Assembly: GCA_963806155.1 (NCBI GenBank)
Contig: CAWDXC010000011.1
Location: forward strand, 129,819-193,818
Reading direction: 5' to 3'
Source: an uncultured Actinomycetes bacterium
GTDB lineage: Bacteria > Actinomycetota > Thermoleophilia > RBG-16-64-13
Length of the DNA stretch: 64,000 nt
Below the pieces are notes generated by a model. The model saw only the letters and a program-made list of their open reading frames with translations. It did not search any database and had not been told where the DNA came from. This document shows, in pieces, positions 8,991-17,481 of the stretch (the stretch's first letter is position 1; each line of letters starts with the position of its first letter). A program made the position numbers and the translations under genes.

Positions 8991-11615
8991 ATGCCTGAAT
9001 CCAGCGGGCGGCCCCCACGCGAGGCCGGAGAGCAGACCCAGGTTCGCAACATCAGCTGGGTTGGTCCGCCGTCGGGCGCCAACGCCTCCATGGTGGACGT
9101 GAAGGACGGCAAGATCGTCCGCATCCGTCCCGCCCGCTACTACGAGCAGTACACGAGAGAAGAGGTCAAGCCCTGGGTGATGCACGCCCGCGGCCAGACC
9201 TTCGAGCCCAGCAACAAGAGCCTCATCCCGCCACTCAGCCTCGCCTACAAAAAGCGCGTGTTCTCGCCGGGCCGGGTGCGCTATCCGCTCAAGCGCGTCG
9301 ACTTCGATCCCACGGGCGCGCCGGGCTCCACCGGCTCGGGCGGCCGCAATGCCCAGAACCGCGGGGTCAGCAAGTATGAGCGCATCTCCTGGGATAAGGC
9401 GCTCGACATCATCGCCGCCGAGATGCTGCGGGTCAAGAAGACCTACGGGTCGACTGCGATCTTCAGCCAGTCTGACTGCCACGGCGAGACCAAAGTGGTG
9501 CATGGCTCACATGGAGCTATGCGTAAGCTGCTGACGATGTTCGGCGGCTACACCCTTCAGTCCCGCGACCCCGATAGTTGGGAAGGCTGGTGGTGGGGAG
9601 CCAAGCACGTCTGGGGGTGCGAACCGGTCGGACAGCAAATGCCGCAAGTCAATGTGGTTTATGACATAGCCAAGCATACTGAGCTCCTGCTCTTCTGGGG
9701 ATGCGATCAAGAGACCACGCCCTGGGGTTGGGGTGGGCAGTTGCCCAGCCGGCTCAGCTTCTGGTGGACGGACCTTGGCATCAAGCAGATCTACATTGCT
9801 CCTGACCTCAACTATGCTGCCGCTGTCCATGCCGACAAGTGGATCCCCATCCTCCCCAACACCGACGCCGCCCTCTACCTGGCTATCGCGTACGAGTGGT
9901 TCAAGAACGGCACCTACGACAAGGAGTACCTCGAGACCCGCGCCTACGGCGTGGATGAGTTCGAGGACTATGTCATGGGCCGGGAGGACGGCCAGGCCAA
10001 AACGGCCGAATGGGCCGCGCCCATCACCGGGGTGCCGGCCCGCATCATCAAAGCGCTGGCCGCCGAGTGGGCTTTCAAGCGCACGACGGTGGCGATCGGC
10101 AACGGGGGGCCGGGCATCCGCGGCCCCTACGCCACCGAGCCGGCCCGCCTGCAGGCGCTCTGCCTCGCCATGCAGGGTCTGGGCAAACCGGGCTGCCACC
10201 AGGCGAAGATGATTGAGTGGTCCTTGCTCGGTGATCCGGGCAGTCTCTCGTCCCCGAATCCGGTCGTCATGTCCAACATGATGCCCGCCTACCGGGGGAG
10301 TCACCCAGGCGTCACCAATCATCCTTCTTTCATTCCAAAGAGCCTGGTGCCAAAAGCCCTTCTCGAGGGACAGATCGACTGGTATGGGTGCGAGGCTGAG
10401 TTCGCTTCGCGCGAGGACCAGTTCGTTCACTACCAGTACCCGGCAGAAGGCTGCTCAAAAATCCACATGATCTGGACAGACTCACCATCGTGGATCACCT
10501 GCTGGAACTGCGGGAACGATTATGTCAAGGCCGTCCGGACTCCAGATATCGAGTTCATGCTGGCCCAGCATCCCTGGCTGGAGAACGACTGCCTCTTCGC
10601 CGACATCATCCTGCCCGTCAACACCATGATGGAAGAGGACGACATCGGTGACGATGCGTTCAGCGGCCAGGTCAGCCTCGTATTCGCTGCAGATCGGGCG
10701 ATCGAGTCCTTGGGCGAGTCGGTCAGCGACTACGAGGTGGTCTGCAAGATCGCCGAGCGGCTGGGCATGCTGGAGGAATACACGGAAGGGAAGACAGTAT
10801 CCGAGTGGATCAGATTCGGGTATGAGGCGAGTGGCATAGCGGAGCGCGTCAGCTGGGATGAATTCCGGAAGAAGGGTTACTACGCGATTGAAACCGACCC
10901 CGATTGGGAGAAGCGCCCCGCCGGCCTCGTCAAGTTCTACGAAGACCCCGAGAACAACCCGCTCAGCACCCCCACCGGCAAGATTGAGTTCTGCTCGACA
11001 GGTCTGGCTGAGCACTTCCCCAACGACGAGGAGCGGCCCCCGGTGCCCCATTGGATCCCGGAGGGGGTGTCTCACCAGGAGACATTAGGGACCGAGCGCT
11101 CGAAGAAGTATCCTCTACTGGTGATGAGTAACCATCCCCGTTGGGGAGTGCACTCCCAGCACGACGACGTCACCTGGCTCCGGGAGATCGAGACCTGCAA
11201 GGTGAAGGGGCCCGACGGGTACCTGTACCACCCCCTGTGGATGAATCCCGCTGACGCGACGACACGGGGGATCGAGCACGGGGACGTAGTGGCCCTCTTC
11301 AATGAGCGGGGCACCGTCTTGGCCGGGGCCTACCTCACCCAGCGCATCATGCCGGGAGCGGTAGGCATCGACCACGGAGCCAAGTACGATCCCATCGCCG
11401 TCGGGGAGACCGACCGTGGTGGCGCCATCAACACCATCGTGCCCCGCAATGTCACCTCCAAGAACGCCTGCGGCCATGCCGTCTCCGGCTTCTTGGCCGA
11501 GGTAAAGAAGGCCGACCTGGCAGCGCTCAAGGCGAAGTATCCCGAAGCCTTCAGCCGGGAGTGTCACATCACCGCCGGGCCTTGCCTCGCCGGCTTCACC
11601 GAGGGAGGTACCTGA
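8991..11615 (+). CDS. Molybdopterin (bis-MGD) oxidoreductase of the pyrogallol-phloroglucinol transhydroxylase large-subunit (AthL) / resorcinol-hydroxylase family
   Basis: 874 aa. There is no N-terminal Cys cluster, which fits AthL-type enzymes. Long conserved blocks are shared with the paralog at 46433..49012 (HNPDSWEGW.WG, MQGLGKPG, CTNFERWDI, YPL..SPHPR.S.H). The start is 4 nt after the ferredoxin stop, suggesting translational coupling. Confidence 0.8.
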   Translation: MPESSGRPPREAGEQTQVRNISWVGPPSGANASMVDVKDGKIVRIRPARYYEQYTREEVKPWVMHARGQTFEPSNKSLIPPLSLAYKKRVFSPGRVRYPLKRVDFDPTGAPGSTGSGGRNAQNRGVSKYERISWDKALDIIAAEMLRVKKTYGSTAIFSQSDCHGETKVVHGSHGAMRKLLTMFGGYTLQSRDPDSWEGWWWGAKHVWGCEPVGQQMPQVNVVYDIAKHTELLLFWGCDQETTPWGWGGQLPSRLSFWWTDLGIKQIYIAPDLNYAAAVHADKWIPILPNTDAALYLAIAYEWFKNGTYDKEYLETRAYGVDEFEDYVMGREDGQAKTAEWAAPITGVPARIIKALAAEWAFKRTTVAIGNGGPGIRGPYATEPARLQALCLAMQGLGKPGCHQAKMIEWSLLGDPGSLSSPNPVVMSNMMPAYRGSHPGVTNHPSFIPKSLVPKALLEGQIDWYGCEAEFASREDQFVHYQYPAEGCSKIHMIWTDSPSWITCWNCGNDYVKAVRTPDIEFMLAQHPWLENDCLFADIILPVNTMMEEDDIGDDAFSGQVSLVFAADRAIESLGESVSDYEVVCKIAERLGMLEEYTEGKTVSEWIRFGYEASGIAERVSWDEFRKKGYYAIETDPDWEKRPAGLVKFYEDPENNPLSTPTGKIEFCSTGLAEHFPNDEERPPVPHWIPEGVSHQETLGTERSKKYPLLVMSNHPRWGVHSQHDDVTWLREIETCKVKGPDGYLYHPLWMNPADATTRGIEHGDVVALFNERGTVLAGAYLTQRIMPGAVGIDHGAKYDPIAVGETDRGGAINTIVPRNVTSKNACGHAVSGFLAEVKKADLAALKAKYPEAFSRECHITAGPCLAGFTEGGT

Positions 11616-11675
11616 TAGGCAGGGTACTAGTGATCGATCCCGCTATCTGCCACCAGCTGGGAGACGGGACAGAAG

Positions 11676-11843
11676 GTGAGCACCGTGACCGACAACCACG
11701 GAGACTTCTGGCTCACGGGACTGCCCGACATCACTTACACGTTTACGATCGAGAAGGAAGGTTATCCAACCCAGAAGCTAGGACCCCTCGATGCAACCGC
11801 CGCCGATCAGAACGTGGAGGACGTGGAGTTGCGGCACGAGTGA
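11676..11843 (+). CDS. Small ORF or gene fragment encoding a carboxypeptidase-regulatory-like (transthyretin-like) beta-sandwich segment
   Basis: VSTVTDNHGDFWLTGLPDITYTFTIEKEGYPTQKLGPLD matches the TD..G.F.L.GLP.G.Y.L....GY pattern of CarboxypepD_reg domains. Only ~56 codons, possible GTG start, weak RBS. Lies 60 nt downstream of the AthL-like gene. Confidence 0.2.
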   Translation: MSTVTDNHGDFWLTGLPDITYTFTIEKEGYPTQKLGPLDATAADQNVEDVELRHE

Positions 11844-12047
11844 TGGCGGCTGACTAGACACCCCAAGGGTATGGGTTTCTGTGCGTCCGAGGTGAGTGAT
11901 TTGAAATGGCACACGAAAGCGAAAACCACATATGAGCGCTCAGGCGGAGGGGGAAGGAGGTGGGCATAGCCGTCGGCACGCGAAGAATGGCCTGGGCCGT
12001 TGAGGGAAGGCTTGAAGGACGCAGACAAAGGATTGGGGGTAGTTGCT

Positions 12048-13493
12048 ATGGACGAAGAGCGTAGGATATGCAGCAGGCGGGAGTTTCTTCAGCTCGCAGG
12101 TATCGCGGGCGCGAGTTTGGGGCTCGCCGGAGGTTTGGGGGGGGTGCTATCCGCGTGTGGCGGAGAAGAGACGACGACCACGGCCAGTTCCAGTACGGGA
12201 AGTACGGGAGGTGGGACCCAGACGACTGCGGCGGAGAGTACGACCACGTCCGTCAGTGCGACAACTTCGGTGTCCACGTCGGGTGAGGCCGGCCGGACGC
12301 TGAAGATCGGCATGGTTACACCGACCACGGGGGCTCTTGCGCCGTTTGCCCTATACGATGACTGGGCGGTCAAACACCTGGGGGGAGCCCTCAAGGACGG
12401 GTTGGTGTGCGCCGACGGCAAAGTGCGCCAGATCGAAGTCATCAAAAAAGATACCCAATCAGACTCCAACCGGTCGGCCACAATCACCGGCGACCTCATT
12501 CAGAACGACAATGTCGACGTGGTCGTCAGTTCGGGCGCTCCTGACACCACCAGCCCCTCGGCCGACGTAGCCGAGTCCCTGGGTTGTCCGAGCATAAGCT
12601 CGGCCGGACCCTGGCAGGCTTTCTACTTCGACCGCAAGCCACCGGAAGGGGGCTTCAAATGGACCTACGGATTCCTGATCGGGTCGGAGCAGACCATCCT
12701 GAACTTCTCCGTGATGTTCGACCAGGTCCCCAACAATAAAGTAGTAGGTATGTTGCTCCCCAACGATGCCGATGCCCATGGCTGGATGGCCGAAAACGCC
12801 GCCCCGGCTGTATTTAAGGAGAAGGGCTACACCCTGGTCCTGTCTGACTGGTACACGCCGGGAACGGAGGACTTCACCAGCATCATCAGCCTCTTCAAGA
12901 GCGAAGGGTGCGAGATCGTGTGCGGCACCAACACCGCGCCCGATTTCACCAACTTCTGGAAGCAGGCCTACCAACAGGGCTACCAACCCAAGCTCGTCAG
13001 CACCGGTAAGGCCCTCCTCTTTCCGCAAACCTTGGACGCTATAGGCGATATCGCCGACGGTCTTCTGGGCGAAATCGGTTGGGATCGCACGTACCCTTAC
13101 AAAGATTCGCTCACCGGCCAGACATCGGAAGAGCTGTGGCAGGAAATCGAGGCCGACACAGGTATCCAGCCCGGGCCGGCCAGCACGGGCATGTATGCCT
13201 CTCTCGAATGGGTTATAGACGCCTGCAGACGGGCGACGAACCCCGAAGACAAGAACGCATTCATCGAGGCCCTCAAGACCACCAACAACACGTTCGTCTG
13301 CGGCAAGCTCGACATGACCGCGCCTATGGAGCCCGACTGGCATCCCGTCCCTAACGTCTACAAGATGGCGTTCGCCGGAGGCCAATGGCGTCTCTCCAAC
13401 GGCGGCAAATACAAGTTCGAACTGCATGTGTGCGCCGCGGTAACGTGCCCGGGTCTGGAAGTCAAAGACCAGGTCGTGCCTATGGCCTACTAG
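12048..13493 (+). CDS. ABC transporter substrate-binding lipoprotein, Liv/branched-chain-amino-acid-type (Peripla_BP_6-like)
   Basis: Tat-like RREFLQLAG motif and a lipobox LSAC, followed by a Thr/Ser-rich linker. ATG at 12048. The ORF-track start at 12000 is TTG. Confidence 0.8.
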   Translation: MDEERRICSRREFLQLAGIAGASLGLAGGLGGVLSACGGEETTTTASSSTGSTGGGTQTTAAESTTTSVSATTSVSTSGEAGRTLKIGMVTPTTGALAPFALYDDWAVKHLGGALKDGLVCADGKVRQIEVIKKDTQSDSNRSATITGDLIQNDNVDVVVSSGAPDTTSPSADVAESLGCPSISSAGPWQAFYFDRKPPEGGFKWTYGFLIGSEQTILNFSVMFDQVPNNKVVGMLLPNDADAHGWMAENAAPAVFKEKGYTLVLSDWYTPGTEDFTSIISLFKSEGCEIVCGTNTAPDFTNFWKQAYQQGYQPKLVSTGKALLFPQTLDAIGDIADGLLGEIGWDRTYPYKDSLTGQTSEELWQEIEADTGIQPGPASTGMYASLEWVIDACRRATNPEDKNAFIEALKTTNNTFVCGKLDMTAPMEPDWHPVPNVYKMAFAGGQWRLSNGGKYKFELHVCAAVTCPGLEVKDQVVPMAY

Positions 13494-13563
13494 GGTCCGG
13501 GAACAGGCGGGAGCCGAGTGCTGTTGACGCCCCTCGGCAATGGCGTCTTGCTAGCGCTGATAT

Positions 13564-13601
13564 GCCGCCCTCAGCTCCTCTCACGACAGACTGAGGGCGG
13601 C
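13564..13601 (+). terminator. GC-rich hairpin downstream of the binding-protein gene (11-bp stem, 16-nt loop)
   Basis: GCCGCCCTCAG at 13564-13574 pairs with CTGAGGGCGGC at 13591-13601. No U-tract follows. Confidence 0.25.
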
Positions 13602-13966
13602 GCTTGCTGGTCACTAGGGACGTCGAGCCTGTGCGCGGGAGATGCAGCTTGAACCGGCCCACCTGGCGTCTCGGGGTTCATCTCGGCGCTTCCGGTATTC
13701 GAATATACTCTACTGTTTGATACAACGTTCTAGAAACGCTAGTATGAGTAGCATGATTCGGCCCGGCGAGTTGCCAGCACTTCAAGGCGTAGGCGGTGAA
13801 TGGTGCGCCGCTCAGCCCGAGGCGAAAGCTGAGCGGCCGCCGCAGTCGCTGATGGCGATAGGAGGCACCGTCTTTCTAGTCGGGTGGAGGATTCTTCTTC
13901 GCTGACGGTATGGTTGGTCGTGCCGCGACTCGGCCGGCTGGTTCGTAATGTCGCTGAGGTTTGAGA

Positions 13967-14920
13967 ATGGTACGCGTATTAAGTCTGAGGGAACTCGAGA
14001 GAGTGAGCGGCGAGCCACGCTCCACCATCTATTACTACCTCGGCCGTGGCTTGCTTCCCAAGCCACAGAAGACCGCATCTGGCCGCTCGCTCTACTCCGA
14101 GGATCACCTCAACTTGTTGCTCGAGATCGCCGCGTTGAAGAGTTCAGGGCTGTCGCTCTTCGAGATTGAGCGGCATCTGCAGCATAAAGTCACCCGCGTT
14201 GACCAGGCGAGCGTCGACCTAGCCTCACAGGAGCACAAGCGGCTCCACAACCACATTCTTGCCGTAGCAGCCGATGAGTTCTTCACGAAGGGTTACAAAG
14301 GAACGCACGTCAACGACATCATTCATAGACTTGGAATCACCGTTACTGTCTTCTACACCCACTTCCCAAGCAAGCATGCTCTGTTGGGAGAGTGTGTCGT
14401 GGCACTGGTCGATTGGAGCAACGAGTACGTCGAATATCAGCGCCCCCTGATTCACGATTCCATCGATGAACTCCTGTGGTCTCTGTTCGCGCAATTCCGC
14501 GTGTTTCAGCTTGGTTCAGCTGCGCGGGCAGTGCTCGAGGTGGAGGGGCCGAGGAAAGAGGGCAGCCTCCAGCGAAGCCTGGAAGCAGCTCATGCGAGCA
14601 TCGTCGATCGAATCACGAGAGTGGTACGCGAATTCACTGTCGCGCGAGATGGGTCGTCCGAGGTTGCGCCCGAACTCATCGCTGAGATGATTTTTGCCGC
14701 GTCAGACCCACTATTCCGTTTTTCATCACAGGGGCAGGATCGGAGGGCACTCATACAGGCAAACCTCTATGTTATTCTGTCGATCCTTCTCGCCCTCAGC
14801 GGGCGGGCGGACATCGATGCCGAAATGCGGCGCTACGAGAAGTTGGCGGACTATATGTCGGCCCATATGCCTCCTCTGCCGCCGGTCCTCGAATTGCAGG
14901 CGGACTTCTCCAGCTCGTGA
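13967..14920 (+). CDS. Transcriptional regulator with an N-terminal MerR-type HTH fused to a TetR-type HTH and ligand-binding domain
   Basis: Residues 1-70 (LSLRELERVSGEPRSTIYYYLGRGLLPKPQKTASGRSLYSEDHLNLLLEIAALKSSGLSLFEI) fit the MerR consensus. Residues ~85-140 (ILAVAADEFFTKGYKGTHVNDIIHRLGITVTVFYTHFPSKHALL) fit the TetR_N consensus. ATG at 13967 with RBS GAGGT. Confidence 0.75.
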   Translation: MVRVLSLRELERVSGEPRSTIYYYLGRGLLPKPQKTASGRSLYSEDHLNLLLEIAALKSSGLSLFEIERHLQHKVTRVDQASVDLASQEHKRLHNHILAVAADEFFTKGYKGTHVNDIIHRLGITVTVFYTHFPSKHALLGECVVALVDWSNEYVEYQRPLIHDSIDELLWSLFAQFRVFQLGSAARAVLEVEGPRKEGSLQRSLEAAHASIVDRITRVVREFTVARDGSSEVAPELIAEMIFAASDPLFRFSSQGQDRRALIQANLYVILSILLALSGRADIDAEMRRYEKLADYMSAHMPPLPPVLELQADFSSS

Positions 14921-15131
14921 TGAACGATCCCCGGTGCGCCGCGCCTTCGCGCGTCGACACACGGCGCTTCCAACCGCTCGCTCGACCGTGTCGTGCCCAA
15001 AGCGACAAGCCCACATACCATACGGCCTGGTCACATCAAGGCTCTCGATCTATTCCCCCGGTTCGCTGCGTGACGAGGGTGGGGATTGAAGCTCGTTGAA
15101 TCAGAACCGCGAGAGACTAGGAGGGGCCACC

Positions 15132-16352
15132 ATGGATTTATGGCAGGAGATCAACAACCTGAAGATCATCGATGGGCACCTTCACGCCGTCGACCCCTGG
15201 TACTGGATGAAGGCGGTCGGTTCCTACGCGTTTGAGGAGCTGGTGGCGAAACTACCGGTGCCGAACAAGTTCACCACCATCACGCGGACGCGGACCTTGA
15301 TGCGCTGCTACCAGGAGATCTGGGACTTTCCCTACGACGAACTGACCCCGGAGAACGTCGAGGAGCTTGACCGACTCTACACTGAGAGCAGAAAGGACGA
15401 GGCTTCCTATGTGATGAAGGCCTTCGACAAGGCCGGCATCGAAAAGGGACTCCAGGTGTGTCTCAGCAGCCCGGTGCTGCCGCCCGGTTTGGATGCGGAC
15501 CGGTTTGCGAGGGCGCAACTGGTCGACGGCTTCCTGATCCCTCTCGACAACAGCGGCATCGGCTCCACCGTACGCGAGAAACAGTTCGTCAAGATGACCG
15601 AGTACTTTCCCGGCATCATCCGGGAGAGGATGCAGCCTAAGACCTTCGACGACTACCTGGCCATGGTCTCGGCCACTCTGGACGAACTGGCCGGCCAGGG
15701 CGTGGCCGCCCTCAAGATGAACTTCTCCTACTGGCGGGACATCGCGGTCGATGTGGTCGACAAGGAGGACGCGGAAGGCGTCTTCGGCAAGAAGGACAAC
15801 TCTCCCCGGCGCTACAAGGTGCTGCAGGACTACATCTTGCGGCATCTGATCGCCAAGGCCGCGACCCTTGGCCTACCCATCCACATCCACGTGGGGCCGA
15901 CTGGGGTGACCAAGCCGATGGAGACGACTTCACCGGCCCGCTTCGACCCCTTCCTGTGGCTTCCCGATATCAGACCGGCCAAGATCGTACTGCTTCACGG
16001 CTGCTATCCCTACACGCGCGAGGCAGGGTTCATGGTCAGCCGGATGGGGGACGTGCCCAATCTGTACCTGGACGTATCGCTGATGTGGTACTGGGTCCCC
16101 GGCGTGCCGGAAGTACTTGTCCCGATCTTCCGGGATTGGATCCTAGCGGGTCTGGTGCCTCGGATGATCTACGGGAGCGATTCGCCGAGCCTCATCGGCA
16201 TCATGCTGAGCGCGATCAACGCGCGCCACACACTGTACCTGACTCTCCAGGGCTTGGTTGACGAGGGTTCGATAAGTGAAAGCCAGGCGCTCGAGATGGC
16301 GACGGCGATATTTCGGGACAACGCCAAAGCGCTGTACCAAGGAAAGTTGTAG
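15132..16352 (+). CDS. Amidohydrolase-2 (ACMSD/LigW-like metal-dependent TIM-barrel hydrolase/decarboxylase)
   Basis: The IIDGHLHAV metal-binding motif near the N-terminus, HIHVGPTG and a conserved Asp near the C-terminus. ATG at 15132 with RBS AGGAGG. Confidence 0.75.
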   Translation: MDLWQEINNLKIIDGHLHAVDPWYWMKAVGSYAFEELVAKLPVPNKFTTITRTRTLMRCYQEIWDFPYDELTPENVEELDRLYTESRKDEASYVMKAFDKAGIEKGLQVCLSSPVLPPGLDADRFARAQLVDGFLIPLDNSGIGSTVREKQFVKMTEYFPGIIRERMQPKTFDDYLAMVSATLDELAGQGVAALKMNFSYWRDIAVDVVDKEDAEGVFGKKDNSPRRYKVLQDYILRHLIAKAATLGLPIHIHVGPTGVTKPMETTSPARFDPFLWLPDIRPAKIVLLHGCYPYTREAGFMVSRMGDVPNLYLDVSLMWYWVPGVPEVLVPIFRDWILAGLVPRMIYGSDSPSLIGIMLSAINARHTLYLTLQGLVDEGSISESQALEMATAIFRDNAKALYQGKL

Positions 16353-16795
16353 GGGTTGAGGGGCGCATTTGTTCCGCGCAGTCGACGGACTGCGGGTGAT
16401 CTTGCCCTCTGAGGTGTGATCGCCTGAGGTGATCGTTAAAACGGTCTTGGCTAGTCCTGACAGCCTTGCGGACGGTCGGCCGCCACGGGAGTGCAGGGCC
16501 CGCGTATGAGTGAACCATCCTAGTGTTGGCACTCGTGCCGGGCATGTTCACGCTAGTCGTGCCGTCGATGGCCCGATGCTCAGGTGTGGCTTCGCCCGGA
16601 CCTCTTCGGCGCGGACTTCCCATTTCGCCCTCACGATCGAACAATGGTGTGCGCCCAGCTTTGGGTCGTAGGTTACGGTGCGCACCCGGAGGACAAGCGT
16701 TGGTGGGGGAGAGGACCATCACAATGTCCTTGACTTACCGGGCGGGTAGAGTGACTAATGGGTGGAGACGATAATCCGGGGCAAAGGACCAGGTC

Positions 16796-16966
16796 ATGGC
16801 GCAAACGTTCACAGTGAGGATCACCGAATCCCAAGGCGAGATCCTGGATCTGCGCTACCGCTTCATCTGGAGCGCGTGGCTCTCCGGCCGGCTCGTGGGC
16901 AAAGGTCATGCCTTCAAACCTGATGAAGCCGTTGCCCGGGCCCAGGAGAAGAGGGACAGCGCGTGA
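16796..16966 (+). CDS. Small hypothetical ORF (56 aa) at the edge of the mobile-element region
   Basis: ATG..TGA open frame, not in the ORF track because it is under 60 aa. Its stop overlaps the start of the next ORF. No homology recognised. Confidence 0.2.
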   Translation: MAQTFTVRITESQGEILDLRYRFIWSAWLSGRLVGKGHAFKPDEAVARAQEKRDSA

Positions 16967-17420
16967 GCGAGACAAGCGCCGCCTTCGGATTCTCCCGTCC
17001 CTCCTTCTATGTGGCGCAGGCTGCCTTCAACGAAGCGGGGCTCCCCGGTCTTGTGCCGGAGCGGCCGGGACCCAGACGGGCGCACAAGCTCTCCGAGAAG
17101 TTGTCGACTTGCTGGAGGAGATCCTCGCCGAAGATGCCTCCTTATCGAGTACGGATCTCGCCCGGCTGCTCGAGGAGCGGCTGGCTCTCAAGGTCCACCC
17201 GCGCAGCATCGAGCGGGCCCTGGCCAGGCGAGCCAAAAAAGGGGCTCCGGGGACGACCCCGAAGATAAGGGCTCCGGCGGCCGAGCTTGCCCAAGGCTAT
17301 GAAGCCCTGCGGGCCCAGGCCCTGGGCGAGCTTCTTCCCTTCACCCCCGGGGATTGGCCGTGTTTCTGGACAGCGGTCTTACCGGCTGGATGTCGGCCTG
17401 CCCGCCCCGGGATCCCCCGA
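16963..17420 (+). pseudogene. Frameshifted helix-turn-helix protein, IS630-like transposase N-terminal HTH type
   Basis: …PERPGPRRAHKL in frame 1 continues as …VVDLLEEILAEDASLSSTDLARLLEERLALKVHPRSIERALARRAKKG in frame 0. No transposase catalytic domain follows. Confidence 0.35.
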
Positions 17421-17481
17421 AGCCGCCGAAGGCAATGATCAGCCGACTCCCCAGCTCGCGCCCCCTCGGCGGCCCGGCCGC

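Noticed and set aside
16353-16795. A tRNA gene or att site at the boundary of the mobile-element region
   Set aside because: I scanned for T-arm-like GTTCGA(A/G)TC motifs and cloverleaf-compatible stems and found none. I also found no convincing direct repeat shared between ~16.4-16.8 kb and ~31.2-31.35 kb.
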